Source of the DNA: an uncultured Candidatus Melainabacteria bacterium
GTDB taxonomy: Bacteria; Cyanobacteriota; Vampirovibrionia; Gastranaerophilales; Gastranaerophilaceae
Length of the DNA stretch: 64,000 bases
Direction: 5' to 3'
Assembly (NCBI GenBank): GCA_932182025.1
Contig: CAKNXK010000010.1
Span: forward strand, 60,245-124,244
In this document: piece by piece, positions 29,433 through 39,459 of the stretch
Position numbering within the stretch: the stretch's first letter is position 1
Layout: each line of letters starts with the position of its first letter
Position numbers and translations under genes: made by a program
Notes under the pieces: generated by a model
Told to the model about the DNA's origin: nothing
Database searches by the model: none
What the model saw: the letters and a program-made list of their open reading frames with translations, nothing else

Positions 29433-29535
29433 CTACCGGCGCGAATCCGCTGGGAACAGAAACAGCAGAGGCTGACCTGTAGTTATTAAGTAGTTTTGGA
29501 ACGCAGACCCATGTCAGCCGACCAAATATATAAAA
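29433..29535 (+). promoter_or_regulatory. GC-rich structured 5' leader (candidate cis-regulatory RNA) upstream of the ferredoxin gene
   Basis: TATAAT at 29422-29427. The leader contains hairpin CCGGCG-cgaauc-CGCUGG and a long-range helix GGCUGAC...GUCAGCC (29470-76 / 29513-19). It is much more GC-rich than other intergenic DNA here. Confidence 0.35.
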
Positions 29536-29548
29536 AAGGAGAATAATA

Positions 29549-29725
29549 ATGAACGTAAAAGTTAATGATTCATGTATCGGATGCGGCGCTTGCGAATCAA
29601 TTTGCGATGCTGTATTTGTTGTTGAAGATAGAGCATGCGTTAAAGAAGACGCAGTTTCAGGAAACGAAGATTGCGTTAAAGAAGCAGCTGATGCTTGCCC
29701 TGTTAGCGCAATTGAAGTTGAATAA
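29549..29725 (+). CDS. Small 4Fe-4S ferredoxin (58 aa, absent from the ORF track)
   Basis: My translation is MNVKVNDSCIGCGACESICDAVFVVEDRACVKEDAVSGNEDCVKEAADACPVSAIEVE, with a CxxCxxC...CP ferredoxin pattern. AAAAGGAG RBS and a strong terminator downstream. Confidence 0.85.
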   Translation: MNVKVNDSCIGCGACESICDAVFVVEDRACVKEDAVSGNEDCVKEAADACPVSAIEVE

Positions 29726-29740
29726 TAATTAAATAAAAAA

Positions 29741-29775
29741 TACACCCTGCTTTATAAGCAGGGTGTATTTTTTTA
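29741..29775 (+). terminator. Rho-independent terminator after the ferredoxin gene
   Basis: Perfect 10-bp stem tacaccctgc/gcagggtgta followed by a 7-nt T-run. Confidence 0.8.
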
Positions 29776-29786
29776 AAGGAATTAAG

Positions 29787-30161
29787 ATGAACAAACAATC
29801 ATTATTAGTAATTATAATCGCTGGTATATTAGCTTTAACAGGTGCTTTTATTATCTTTAATATAACCCGTGAACCGAAAGTTATTGAACCTGTTAAAGAG
29901 GTAAAAGAAATAATTATTCCAACTCCAGAACCTGAACCTGTTAAGGTCGAAGAAACTAAACAGGAAATAAAACAGGTCTCATATAAAAAGCCTGCTCCAC
30001 CAAAACCTGCAGTCACAGAACTTCCTGTAATCAAACCTATTGTAGTTAAGGAAGCTGAACAGCCTGTTCATGAAGAAGTTGTTCAGGAAGAAGACTCAAA
30101 AGATGTTGTAATTACCAGAGAATATAAAATCCAAACTCCGGCAAGATATACATTTAAATAA
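29787..30161 (+). CDS. Membrane-anchored Pro/Glu/Lys-rich protein
   Basis: MNKQSLLVIIIAGILALTGAFIIF TM anchor, then PEPEPVKVEE...KPAPPKPAV. Start moved downstream of the terminator hairpin, whereas the ORF track starts at 29763. Confidence 0.4.
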   Translation: MNKQSLLVIIIAGILALTGAFIIFNITREPKVIEPVKEVKEIIIPTPEPEPVKVEETKQEIKQVSYKKPAPPKPAVTELPVIKPIVVKEAEQPVHEEVVQEEDSKDVVITREYKIQTPARYTFK

Positions 30162-31046
30162 TTATCCTCTGATAAAATTCAGCAAAATTCTTCTTGCTTT
30201 TTTAGTCCAACTCATTTTTCCAACCTGAATTTCTTTAATCTCTGTAACAGGAAAACTTTCCGGCTGAGTTGTTCTATGATATTTGACTGACGGATAACCT
30301 AATAACATTACATAAACCGGCTTGTATTCATCAGGAATTTGAACCATTTCTGAAAGTCTCGGCAGAAGTTTAAAGCATGCCTGCGCGAAACCGCACCAAC
30401 ATGTCCCAAGCCCAAGACTATGTGCATATAATTCTATATAAGATAACGCAATAATCGGATCAACATTAGCACAAGGAGCATGAATATGTGAAGACACTAC
30501 CACCATGTGAGGTGCATTTCTAAAAATTACATCTTCACCATCTTCAAAAGCAGTTTTGTATTTTGAAAACTTGCTCGCTAATTTGGGCATAAAAGAACTA
30601 TTTAAGATTCTCAATAATTTCATTCTGACATAGGATCTTATAGAATCCATAGCAGAGCGTGTTTCAACAAATGAAAAATGCAAACTGTTTACATTACACC
30701 CTGTCGGGATATAAGGAAGCATTTCTTTTAATTTTTCAAACACATCAGAAGAAATTTCTTCTGTCTTATATTGTCTTATGCTTCTCCTTGTCTGGATTAA
30801 ACCTAAAACCTCATCTGCTTTTGGCAAAGTCGGATTCAAAGAGTTTTCAGGATTCTTTTCATTAATAGAGATTGCTCCAACAGGACAAACCGCCATGCAA
30901 TGAGTACATCCGATACAACGTTCTTCCCCGCCGCTCGTCGCTTGAGGAAACAAATCAGCTCCCGCTTCAATTGAATAAGCTATACAGTCTTTAATACAAG
31001 CGCCGCATCTGATGCATTTTTCTTTATTAATTTCGATTTTTGTCAT
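30162..31046 (-). CDS. 2x[4Fe-4S] ferredoxin domain fused to a nitroreductase-family domain
   Basis: CIRCGACIKDC and CIGCTHCMAVCP, followed by RRSIRQYK and a nitroreductase-like remainder. Confidence 0.85.
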   Translation of the reverse strand: MTKIEINKEKCIRCGACIKDCIAYSIEAGADLFPQATSGGEERCIGCTHCMAVCPVGAISINEKNPENSLNPTLPKADEVLGLIQTRRSIRQYKTEEISSDVFEKLKEMLPYIPTGCNVNSLHFSFVETRSAMDSIRSYVRMKLLRILNSSFMPKLASKFSKYKTAFEDGEDVIFRNAPHMVVVSSHIHAPCANVDPIIALSYIELYAHSLGLGTCWCGFAQACFKLLPRLSEMVQIPDEYKPVYVMLLGYPSVKYHRTTQPESFPVTEIKEIQVGKMSWTKKARRILLNFIRG

Positions 31047-31103
31047 GATATATCCCCTTTTTTTAGGATTGATTATTATCTGAATAAAGAGTTTAATAAA
31101 TAT

Positions 31104-32051
31104 ATGTTAATCGAAGTTTTTGAAAAAATAAATAGACTCAATGAATTTATATTTGCCCCACTGGATAATTTTATTGAGCAATTACCATTAGCAGAGTGGG
31201 CTGGCGAAGCAATTATAGACAGTTTCCACATGCTTCCTTTTTTATTTGTGGTTTTTGTATTAATTGAAATTATAGAATTTTATTTTTCCGACAAAATTGA
31301 TAACTGGGTTAAAAACGCCAAGAAGAGCAGCGTTGCCGTTGGAGCACTGACTTCAATATTACCACAATGCGGTTTTTCAGTAATTGCAAGCAGCTTATAT
31401 ACAAGGAAATTACTGACTCGCGGGTGTTTAATTGCGGTTTATTTGGGAACTTCGGATGAAAGCATTCCAATCCTTCTTGCTTATCCTGAAAAAGCACATT
31501 TAATTATTCCAATTGTTGGAATAAAGTTATTTGTAGCTATTTTAGCAGGCTATTTTATCGATTTTGCTGGGGTAGGGGTAAATGAGGAAGAAGAGGAAGA
31601 AAAGCCTGAAGAAGAGGAAGAAGAAATCCACGAAGAAGGCTGCTGTAACCACGACCCTGAAACAGCAAACAAACGTGAGTTGTTTTTGCATCCTATAATG
31701 CATACAATAAATATTTTCGCATTTATTCTTGCAATAACTCTTGTCTTGAATTTTGCGTTGGAAAATGTTTCTCTCAGCTCATGGATTCATACTTCACACA
31801 AATATATGCAGTGTGTAATTGCAGCAATTATAGGCTTAATCCCAAATTGCGCAGTCTCAATAGCCATAACAATGATGTTAATTAAAGGCTCAATAACTTT
31901 CAGCGCAGCAATTAGCGGATTATTATCAAATGCCGGTTTAGGTTTACTTGTTCTTTTAAGACACAATGACATAAAAGATACAATAAAAATTATTTTCACA
32001 TTGTTGTTTATAAGTATTTTAGTAGGTTTTTCAATCCAATTTTTAATTTAA
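31104..32051 (+). CDS. Polytopic permease, putative metal-ion transporter (ArsP_2 / 10-TM exporter-like)
   Basis: Internally duplicated membrane halves with LPQCGFSV and LIPNCAVSI motifs, separated by an acidic loop (EEEEEEKPEEEEEEIHEEGCCNHD). Family assignment is from memory. Confidence 0.45.
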   Translation: MLIEVFEKINRLNEFIFAPLDNFIEQLPLAEWAGEAIIDSFHMLPFLFVVFVLIEIIEFYFSDKIDNWVKNAKKSSVAVGALTSILPQCGFSVIASSLYTRKLLTRGCLIAVYLGTSDESIPILLAYPEKAHLIIPIVGIKLFVAILAGYFIDFAGVGVNEEEEEEKPEEEEEEIHEEGCCNHDPETANKRELFLHPIMHTINIFAFILAITLVLNFALENVSLSSWIHTSHKYMQCVIAAIIGLIPNCAVSIAITMMLIKGSITFSAAISGLLSNAGLGLLVLLRHNDIKDTIKIIFTLLFISILVGFSIQFLI

Positions 32052-32117
32052 AATTCCCTATTGCATTAATTTAAAAAATATGTATAATAGAGAAACGGGA
32101 AAAAGGAGTGTGATTTA

Positions 32118-32285
32118 ATGGATTGCATGACAATTTCAACTTTCAGAAGCCTTGAAAGACAAGCCATTCAACAGCGCAACTACGAAGTATTTGCACAAAA
32201 AAACGTACAACCAACAGAAACAGTGAAAGAAGAGAAGCTGCCTGTTTCAACCCAAAATACGGAGGGGTTAAATTATTATGCTTAA
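32118..32285 (+). CDS. Small hypothetical protein (55 aa, absent from the ORF track)
   Basis: TTGCAT, 16-nt spacer, TATAAT promoter at 32061-32088. AAAAGGAG RBS, ATG at 32118 and TAA at 32283. My translation is MDCMTISTFRSLERQAIQQRNYEVFAQKNVQPTETVKEEKLPVSTQNTEGLNYYA. Confidence 0.4.
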   Translation: MDCMTISTFRSLERQAIQQRNYEVFAQKNVQPTETVKEEKLPVSTQNTEGLNYYA

Positions 32286-32289
32286 ATTT

Positions 32290-33942
32290 TTATATTTTAT
32301 TTTTGAGATTTTTACTTCTCAAATCCCTGTGAAATGTTATTGCGAAGCGGTGAGCTTCGTCCCTGATTCTTTGGATTAAATAAAGAGCATTTGACTCACG
32401 AGGCAGAAGAATAGATTCAGATTGGTGCGGAAGAAAAACTTCTTCTTCACGTTTTGCTAATGATACAAAATCAATCCCGCTGACTCCAAATTCTTCAACA
32501 ATTTGCATAACACTTGATAACTGACCTTTCCCGCCATCAATAATAATAAGGTCAGGCTTTTCCCATTTTGGCTCCCCAAGACGGGCTAGACGTCGGGAAA
32601 GAACTTCTTTCATTGATAAAAAATCATCCGGCTTACCTTCTGTTGTACGGATTTTAAACTTTCTATATGCAGTTTTCTTAGGCAGTCCGTTCTGGAAAAC
32701 AACCATTGATGCAACCGTATTTGTACCTTGAATATGCGAAATATCATAACACTCAATTCGATTAGGAAAATTAGTTAAATGCAGTTTTTCAGCTAAATAT
32801 GAACCAACTTCATTAAAATCATCACGAATTTGTGCCATTTTTTTGAGCTTGGCGTTTTCTAAAAGATTACCTGCGTTTTTAAGCGCCAAATCATACAGTT
32901 CTTTATATTTACCTCTTCCAAAACTGATATTAATCTTTTTGCCTGATAAAACTTTTAACCAGTCTTGATAAAGTTCTTTATTCTCAAGCTGTTCAAGAAT
33001 AATTCTATCAGGAAATTCCAGTTTCAAACCTGTATAGTAATCTCTAAAGAATGTTTCGAAATACTCGTTTTTATCAATATTATCAACAAAATATGTAAAA
33101 TCTTTTTTATCTATTAAACGACCTTCGCGAATCATCATTATTACAATCGCAAGAATACCATCCTCATAAAGAACAGCAATAATATCTTCATTGAGTTTTG
33201 TATTTTCATAAACAACTTTTTGGCGTTCAAGTGTTTTTTGCAAATCAAGAAAACTGTCGCGCATTTTTGCAGCTTTTTCAAACTGCTCTTCTTCGGCATA
33301 TTTTTGCATTTGAGCCTGAATTTGTTTAAGCAGTTCTGTTTGTTTCCCGCTCAAAAATAATTCAACCTGATGAATAAGTTTTTGATACTCTTCCGGTGTA
33401 ACTTTGCCCTGACATGGCGCCATACATTTGCCAATATGATAATAAAGACAAGGGCGGTTAGAGAATTTAGGTGTTTTGCACTGTTTAAGCGGAAATAATT
33501 TTTTTAAAAAATCAAGAGTTGCATACATTGCACCGACATCCGTATAAGGGCCGTAAAATCTGCCTTTATCAGGATTAAGATTTTTTTTGCGCACAATTTG
33601 AATACGCGGAAAATCTTCATCTGTTATCAAGAAATACGGATATTTTTTATCATCTTTGAGTAAAATATTATAGCGCGGTTTGTGTTTCTTGATTAAATGA
33701 GACTCCAAAATCAAAGCTTCAACTTCGGAGTCTGTAATAATATATTCAAGTTTCTCGATTTGAGAAACCAAAACTGTTGTTTTTACGCTGTCGTGCTGTT
33801 TATGAAAATAGCTGTAAACTCTGCGTTTCAGATTCTTAGCTTTTCCAACATAGATAATCTCACCCTCGGCGTTGTAATACAAATAACATCCGGGCTGTTC
33901 AGGAACAAGTTTAATTGTTTCGCGTAAAATATCATTCATCAA
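32290..33942 (-). CDS. uvrC: Excinuclease ABC subunit C (UvrC) lacking the C-terminal (HhH)2 domain
   Basis: GIY-YIG (YLYYNAEGEIIYVGKAKNLKRRVYSYF), UvrBC domain and RNase H-like endonuclease domain (RDEAHRFAITFHR). The protein ends about 10 aa after that motif. Confidence 0.9.
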   Translation of the reverse strand: MMNDILRETIKLVPEQPGCYLYYNAEGEIIYVGKAKNLKRRVYSYFHKQHDSVKTTVLVSQIEKLEYIITDSEVEALILESHLIKKHKPRYNILLKDDKKYPYFLITDEDFPRIQIVRKKNLNPDKGRFYGPYTDVGAMYATLDFLKKLFPLKQCKTPKFSNRPCLYYHIGKCMAPCQGKVTPEEYQKLIHQVELFLSGKQTELLKQIQAQMQKYAEEEQFEKAAKMRDSFLDLQKTLERQKVVYENTKLNEDIIAVLYEDGILAIVIMMIREGRLIDKKDFTYFVDNIDKNEYFETFFRDYYTGLKLEFPDRIILEQLENKELYQDWLKVLSGKKINISFGRGKYKELYDLALKNAGNLLENAKLKKMAQIRDDFNEVGSYLAEKLHLTNFPNRIECYDISHIQGTNTVASMVVFQNGLPKKTAYRKFKIRTTEGKPDDFLSMKEVLSRRLARLGEPKWEKPDLIIIDGGKGQLSSVMQIVEEFGVSGIDFVSLAKREEEVFLPHQSESILLPRESNALYLIQRIRDEAHRFAITFHRDLRSKNLKNKI

Positions 33943-36767
33943 TGGCTTTTTCCTAAATACGGCTTTAAGTATTGTCCTGTGTAAGAATTAGGATTTTTAG
34001 CTACTTCTTGAGGAGTACCGCAGGCAATAACTTCACCGCCGAAATCTCCGCCTTCAGGGCCAAGGTCAATTATATAATCCGCAATCTTAATCAAATCAAG
34101 GTTATGCTCGATTATTAAAATCGTATTACCGTTATCTGCAAGCTGTTGGATAATCTTAATCAGTTTATCCAAATCATGCCAGTGAAGCCCGACTGATGGT
34201 TCATCCAATAAATACAAGGTCTTGCCGGTTGCACGTTTATTGAGTTCTGATGCCAACTTAATTCTTTGTGCTTCACCGCCTGATAGTGTTGTTGCACTTT
34301 GACCAAGTTTAATATAATCTAAACCCACATCAACAAGGGTTTTAAGCTTATTCGCAATCTGAGGAATGTTTTCAAAGAATTCATAAGCCTCTTTTACAGA
34401 CATCTCCAAAACATCTGCAATTGATTTGCCTTTGTATTTAACTTCCAATGTTTCGTTGTTGTATCGTTGACCTTTGCAGACATCACATTTTACATAAACA
34501 TCTGACAAGAAGTTCATTTCAATTTTCAAAACCCCGTCACCTGCACAAGCCTCGCAGCGTCCGCCTTTGACGTTAAAACTAAATCTACCCGGTTTGTAGC
34601 CGCGCATTTTTGCTTCATTTGTTTTTGCGTACAACTCACGTATCGGAGTGAAAACATCTGTATAAGTTGCAGGGTTTGACCTTGGAGTTCTTCCGATAGG
34701 AGACTGGTCAATATCAATAATTTTATCAAGGTTTTCAAACCCTAAAATCTCATCTACGCCTTGAGGTTTAGGTTTGTTTTTACGTAATTTGTGTATAGCA
34801 TATTCATAAATCAAATCCTGCATAAGAGTTGATTTTCCCGAACCTGAAACACCAGTAAGTACAACGATTTTACCTAAAGGAATATCTAAATCGATATTCT
34901 TAAGGTTGTTCAAATGAGCATTTCTAATTTGCAAGAAATTACCGTTCCCTTCTCTCACGGCAGAAGGAACAGGAATATTGTATTCCCCGCTCAAATACTT
35001 ACCCGTGATAGAGTCCGAAGCATTCATAATATCGCTTACTTCACCCTGTGCAATGACATTACCGCCATTCACACCTGCTTTTGGACCAATATCAACAACA
35101 TAATCCGCGTTTCTGATTGTATCTTCATCGTGTTCAACTACAATAAGCGAATTTCCCATATTTCGAAGCTTTAACAGAGTCTTAATAAGTCTGTCATTAT
35201 CTCTTTGGTGTAAACCAATCGAAGGCTCATCCAATACATATAAAACCCCTGAAAGCCCGCTTCCAATCTGAGTAGCAAGTCGTATTCTCTGCGCTTCTCC
35301 GCCTGAAAGAGTTCCTGCTGTTCTTGCAAGATTTAAATATGACAAACCAACATCAAGGAGAAACTTCAATCTCGCACGGATTTCATCAAGAATTTGTTTC
35401 CCGATTTTCATCTGAAAATCAGTCAAAGTCAAATATAAATCAGTAACAAACTCGTGAGCTTTATCAATAGGCATTAAACAAAACTCATGAATATTCTTCC
35501 CATTAATCCTAACCGCAAGCGGGAATGGTTTAAGTCTTGCTCCTCCGCATTTTTCACACGGAGTTGTAACCATGTATTTTTCGATTTCTGCTTTCCAGTA
35601 TTCGCTATCAACATTATAGTGTTTCATCAAAAATGGAATAACACCAATAAATTTTTGCAAAGATGTGCGATAGCGTTTGCTTCCAAATTCACGGATACGC
35701 ATTGGAATACGCTCATCTGAACCAAATAAAATAATATCCTGATGTTCCTGCGGAAGTTCGCCGAACGGTGTGTTTAAATCAATCTTATATTCGGCACTAA
35801 CCGCGTTAATTACATCATCATAATAACCTGTGGAAGACTTGCTCCAGGGATAAATCGCTCCATCTTTGATAGATTTTGTCCTGTCAGGTACAACCAAATC
35901 CGGATCAATCTTAAAATCAACACCGATCCCGCCGCATTTATCGCAAGCACCGTAAGGCGCGTTAAATGAGAATATTCTTGGTGATAATTCTTCAAAACTC
36001 AAATTACAATCAGGACATGCAAGCTTTTCGCTATAAATAATTTCTTCGTCCATTTTATCAATTACAGTTACACCGTCTGCTTTTTTTAATGCAATCTGGA
36101 CACTATCCGCAATTCTGGATTTAGCCTCAGGTTTCACAACAACACGGTCAACAACAACAGAAATATTATGAACCTTTGTCTTTGCAAGCTTAACTTCATC
36201 CTCATCAAGGTTATAAATCTCTCCATCAACCTTTACTCTCACAAATCCTTCTTGCTTAAGTTCTTCAAAAAGTGATTGAAACTCACCTTTTTTCCCCTTA
36301 ACAAGCGGAGCCAGGATTTGGATTTTTGTACTTTGAGGTAGTCTTAAAATACTATCAACAATTTCATCAATTGTTTGAGGTTTAATAGGTTTCCCGCATT
36401 TAGGGCAATAAGGAGTTCCCACACGTGCGTATAAAAGTCTTAAATAATCATAAATCTCGGTAACGGTTCCAACAGTAGAACGCGGATTATTACTAGTAGA
36501 TTTCTGGTCAATGGAAATAGCAGGCGTAAGCCCGTCAATATAATCCACATCAGGTTTATCCATTTGACCCAAAAACTGACGTGCGTAAGTTGAAAGGCTT
36601 TCAATATAACGTCTTTGACCCTCTGCAAAAATTGTATCAAATGCTAAAGAACTCTTTCCAGAACCTGAAACCCCTGTAAACACTACAAGTTGATTTTTCG
36701 GTATTTCTAAAGATACATTATTGAGGTTATGTTCCCTCGCTCCCTTAATCGTAATTTTGTCTGTCAT
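33939..36767 (-). CDS. uvrA: Excinuclease ABC subunit A (UvrA)
   Basis: Two ABC modules ([14 protein letters not shown] and [13 protein letters not shown]; LSGGEAQR twice) and zinc modules. Start at [15 protein letters not shown]. Confidence 0.95.
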   Translation of the reverse strand: MTDKITIKGAREHNLNNVSLEIPKNQLVVFTGVSGSGKSSLAFDTIFAEGQRRYIESLSTYARQFLGQMDKPDVDYIDGLTPAISIDQKSTSNNPRSTVGTVTEIYDYLRLLYARVGTPYCPKCGKPIKPQTIDEIVDSILRLPQSTKIQILAPLVKGKKGEFQSLFEELKQEGFVRVKVDGEIYNLDEDEVKLAKTKVHNISVVVDRVVVKPEAKSRIADSVQIALKKADGVTVIDKMDEEIIYSEKLACPDCNLSFEELSPRIFSFNAPYGACDKCGGIGVDFKIDPDLVVPDRTKSIKDGAIYPWSKSSTGYYDDVINAVSAEYKIDLNTPFGELPQEHQDIILFGSDERIPMRIREFGSKRYRTSLQKFIGVIPFLMKHYNVDSEYWKAEIEKYMVTTPCEKCGGARLKPFPLAVRINGKNIHEFCLMPIDKAHEFVTDLYLTLTDFQMKIGKQILDEIRARLKFLLDVGLSYLNLARTAGTLSGGEAQRIRLATQIGSGLSGVLYVLDEPSIGLHQRDNDRLIKTLLKLRNMGNSLIVVEHDEDTIRNADYVVDIGPKAGVNGGNVIAQGEVSDIMNASDSITGKYLSGEYNIPVPSAVREGNGNFLQIRNAHLNNLKNIDLDIPLGKIVVLTGVSGSGKSTLMQDLIYEYAIHKLRKNKPKPQGVDEILGFENLDKIIDIDQSPIGRTPRSNPATYTDVFTPIRELYAKTNEAKMRGYKPGRFSFNVKGGRCEACAGDGVLKIEMNFLSDVYVKCDVCKGQRYNNETLEVKYKGKSIADVLEMSVKEAYEFFENIPQIANKLKTLVDVGLDYIKLGQSATTLSGGEAQRIKLASELNKRATGKTLYLLDEPSVGLHWHDLDKLIKIIQQLADNGNTILIIEHNLDLIKIADYIIDLGPEGGDFGGEVIACGTPQEVAKNPNSYTGQYLKPYLGKSH

Positions 36768-36774
36768 ACCTAAA

Positions 36775-37761
36775 TTATAATGCAAGGGATAAAATTATTC
36801 CAACTACAAAAAACAGAGTGAAATAAATCATCAAATTTCTTGACTGATACATTCTCATCATAAAGCCTGCTTCTCCGCGTTCAACGAGTTTTTCAAAATT
36901 CTCCATTGGAAAATGATACCACTTCCTTTCAGGTACAGAATCCGGATTAGTTGTGTATTCAAGCATAGATTTATATAAATCAACAGCAAGAGGAGTAGTT
37001 AAATAAACCAAAAATATCTGCCAATCCACAACATCAAAAATACATAAAATTATTGGTGCAATATAAGCAAGAATTAAAAATAATTTTAATATAACTAACG
37101 AATCCAATGATGAATCAAAACTATTCGCAATAGTTCTTTTACCTTCGTTCTGGTCATATTCAAAATCCATAACCGTATGAATATATAATAAAATAACAGT
37201 CATTATCATTGTAGGAATTGAAAGCAGAAAAACTTCTTTTGAATAAATTCCGGTCATAACATAGTATACCCCGCCAAACAAAGCAGGACCGTATGCTGCT
37301 GCAACTGCAATTTCAGATAAACAAATCCTTGATACAAAAGGATAAATAAGAGCAATAATTGCACCTGCTAAAACAAAATACATTACGCCATGCCCGCATT
37401 TAAGGAATAAAAATACACCGATTAAAAGCGCAGCAAAGAAATACCCGCCGGAAATCAAAAGTATATCAGATTCTTTCATAATACCGTTTACAAGATACCT
37501 GCATTTTGTTTTTTGAGAGTTTTTAAGATACTCTGCTTTATCAAAATCAACTTGTTTGATAAGTGATTTATAATCAAAATAATCATCAATAAGGTTAGTC
37601 CCGAGATGAACCAAACCAATACCAATTAAAGCTAATATCCCATACCATGGATTACCTGAATCAATAAGAGCATATACAAAAATCGCAAACCAAGATAAAA
37701 TCGACATTGGCAAAGAAAAAATTCTTGAACATTCCATTACTTGAATTGTTTTTTGTAGCAT
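36775..37761 (-). CDS. UbiA-family aromatic prenyltransferase (MenA-like)
   Basis: Polytopic protein with the two Asp-rich motifs NLIDDYFDY and DFEYDQNEGKRT. Confidence 0.75.
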   Translation of the reverse strand: MLQKTIQVMECSRIFSLPMSILSWFAIFVYALIDSGNPWYGILALIGIGLVHLGTNLIDDYFDYKSLIKQVDFDKAEYLKNSQKTKCRYLVNGIMKESDILLISGGYFFAALLIGVFLFLKCGHGVMYFVLAGAIIALIYPFVSRICLSEIAVAAAYGPALFGGVYYVMTGIYSKEVFLLSIPTMIMTVILLYIHTVMDFEYDQNEGKRTIANSFDSSLDSLVILKLFLILAYIAPIILCIFDVVDWQIFLVYLTTPLAVDLYKSMLEYTTNPDSVPERKWYHFPMENFEKLVERGEAGFMMRMYQSRNLMIYFTLFFVVGIILSLAL

Positions 37762-37836
37762 AGATATTCTCCTTGATAAAACTATGATAACAAAAAGCCC
37801 TTTGAAAAAAAACAGCTTTTAATCTAAAATTAAATT

Positions 37837-38400
37837 ATGAAAAGATTTGCTTTATTATTAGTTTTATTCTTAGGGGTAAATTGTTGTTTTGCAAACGAAG
37901 AGTTATCAAAACAGGCTACTGCATTTTACAGTGACAATAATCACCACAAAACTATGGATTTATTACTTCAAATTAACGAAAACGAAAGAACCGCGCAGGA
38001 TTGGCTTCTTCTGGGAAATCTTTTGGATGAAAAAGGCGAAAAAGATAATGCTATTTTTATGTACCAGAAAGCAATCAATACTGATAAAAAATATTATAAA
38101 GCTTACTACAATCTTGCAAATCTTTACCTTGCAGACGAACGCTACAATATGGCTGTTGAAAACTACAAAAAAGCTATCTCTTTAAACAAAGAAAACTCTT
38201 ATGTATTCTACAACTTGGGCTGTGCTTATCTCAAACTTGGCGAAGTAAAAAAAGCTCGTTCAGCATTTCAGCAAGCTGTTACTTTGAAAAATGACGTAGC
38301 AGAGTTTCATTACAATCTTGCATACGCTTATAAAAGTCTTGGCAAAACAAAAATGGCTCAAATTTATTTAGATAATTATAATAAATTAAATCAGGGTTAA
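37837..38400 (+). CDS. Secreted TPR-repeat protein
   Basis: Signal peptide plus four to five TPR units (AYYNLANLYL, VFYNLGCAYL, FHYNLAYAY). Confidence 0.8.
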   Translation: MKRFALLLVLFLGVNCCFANEELSKQATAFYSDNNHHKTMDLLLQINENERTAQDWLLLGNLLDEKGEKDNAIFMYQKAINTDKKYYKAYYNLANLYLADERYNMAVENYKKAISLNKENSYVFYNLGCAYLKLGEVKKARSAFQQAVTLKNDVAEFHYNLAYAYKSLGKTKMAQIYLDNYNKLNQG

Positions 38401-39156
38401 ATTATTTTCTCTATTAGAAGTCATTTCTCTTAATTCTGCAATTCTTTGACGTGCAAAAACAGCATCTTCAGAAAACTGTTTAAGCCCCAAGAACTTTTTG
38501 TAATATCTGATAGCATCCCCAAAACGCGAAAGTTTATCAAAACTCATTGCAATTCCAAGATAAGCTTTATAATAATCAGGGTTGCGTTTGATTAATTGAA
38601 AGAAAGTCTTGGAAGCTTCCAAGAAATCACCCATTCCCATTAGCATAGCGCCTTTGTTATAATAAGCTTTTAAAAACTCAGGATTTGTTTCAATAAGTTT
38701 GTTATAAATCATCAAAGACAAATCTGTTTCTTCAACAAGCTCATGCGCGATTGCAAGCTGAATTTGTGCTTCAAGGTTTTCTTTATTAATAATAATAGCT
38801 TTTATAAGATGCGGAATTGCTTCTTCCGGATGACCGTTAGAAAGATTGCACACACCAAGTTCAAAGAAATATTTATCATTCTTATCGTCAAGCTCAATTA
38901 ATTTTTCCAAAGTTTTTATTGCTTTAGAGTACTCCGTTAAGTACTTGTAAGAAACAGCCAAACCCCAATAAGCTTCCTGATGTTCTCTATCCATCATTAT
39001 TGAGTCAAGATAATACTTTATCGACTCACGATAAGATTTTGCAAATCTTAAAGCATCTGCCTTTACACACAATTCATAAGAACGTGATTTTTTAGGTATA
39101 GTAACCTTATTCATGGCTTTTGCCAAATTTTTCTCAACATTTGAGTTAATTTGCAT
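38386..39156 (-). CDS. TPR-repeat protein
   Basis: Repeated TPR consensus (AYWGLAVSYKYL, YFFELGVCNL, AYYNKGAMLM, AYLGIAMSF). Confidence 0.8.
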   Translation of the reverse strand: MQINSNVEKNLAKAMNKVTIPKKSRSYELCVKADALRFAKSYRESIKYYLDSIMMDREHQEAYWGLAVSYKYLTEYSKAIKTLEKLIELDDKNDKYFFELGVCNLSNGHPEEAIPHLIKAIIINKENLEAQIQLAIAHELVEETDLSLMIYNKLIETNPEFLKAYYNKGAMLMGMGDFLEASKTFFQLIKRNPDYYKAYLGIAMSFDKLSRFGDAIRYYKKFLGLKQFSEDAVFARQRIAELREMTSNRENNLTLI

Positions 39157-39237
39157 ATTCCTCTCCCGATTTTATTGTAGGAAAAGATGGCATGCAAAAT
39201 AACCTTCAAATAGAGGATATTTTATAGTTTAAAAATA

Positions 39238-39266
39238 TTGATATATTTTCAGTTATTTGGTAAAAT
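39238..39266 (+). promoter_or_regulatory. Near-consensus sigma70 promoter driving a short structured transcript
   Basis: TTGATA, 17-nt spacer, TAAAAT. Confidence 0.5.
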
Positions 39267-39270
39267 ATTT

Positions 39271-39459
39271 AAATAAGAATACAAGCAAAAGATTTTGGTT
39301 ATTATTACGCTGATTTTCACTACAAGAAAGGAGGACGCAATGAATATCAAAATCAGCGAAAAAGAACTAATAATATTAATATCATTAGTTCTTTGGCTAA
39401 CAACCCTTTAATTAGGGACGAGCTTGGGTGTTAGGCCACCCTTGCTTGTATTCTTATTT
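39271..39459 (+). repeat. Perfect 18-bp inverted repeat bracketing the small-peptide locus
   Basis: aaataagaatacaagcaa (39271-39288) is the exact reverse complement of ttgcttgtattcttattt (39442-39459). An inner 10-bp inverted repeat cgctgatttt (39308-17) / aaaatcagcg (39349-58) encloses the SD and ATG. Confidence 0.8.
39340..39411 (+). CDS. 23-aa hydrophobic peptide (type I toxin-like candidate, absent from the ORF track)
   Basis: GAAAGGAGGA SD 6 nt upstream of the ATG. My translation is MNIKISEKELIILISLVLWLTTL, a polar N-terminus followed by a 14-residue hydrophobic tail. Confidence 0.45.
   Translation: MNIKISEKELIILISLVLWLTTL

Noticed and set aside
29437-29458. Similarity of CCGGCGCGAAUCCGCUGGGAA to the 3' CCGCCUGGGC hairpin of ZTP (pfl-motif) riboswitches, and of GGGAACAG/AACAGCAG to NiCo riboswitch junction motifs.
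   Set aside because: The 5' subdomain required for ZTP would have to lie inside deoB, and the match is imperfect. The NiCo comparison rests on vague recall of short motifs. Neither is reported as an identification.
29401-30034. The ORF-track entries 29401..29745 (-) and 29729..30034 (-).
   Set aside because: They run antisense to the RBS-equipped ferredoxin gene, the terminator hairpin and the membrane-anchored protein gene. Their low-complexity translations mirror the opposite strand.
37889-38185. A 98-aa same-strand ORF nested out of frame inside the TPR gene 37837..38400. Many other short antisense or nested ORFs in the track fall into the same class (for example 118..405, 739..957, 11867..12172, 19443..19763, 24915..25352, 46557..46955 and 55452..55766).
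   Set aside because: All are embedded in longer ORFs with clear homology, lack RBSs and have composition-driven translations. I treat them as non-coding.
39271-39459. Interpretation of the 18-bp terminal inverted repeats as a MITE (miniature inverted-repeat transposable element).
   Set aside because: I saw no flanking target-site duplication and no second copy in the window. The repeat starts exactly at the predicted transcription start of a strong promoter and brackets an SD-equipped ORF, which fits an mRNA end-pairing structure better. A MITE cannot be excluded without a genome-wide search.
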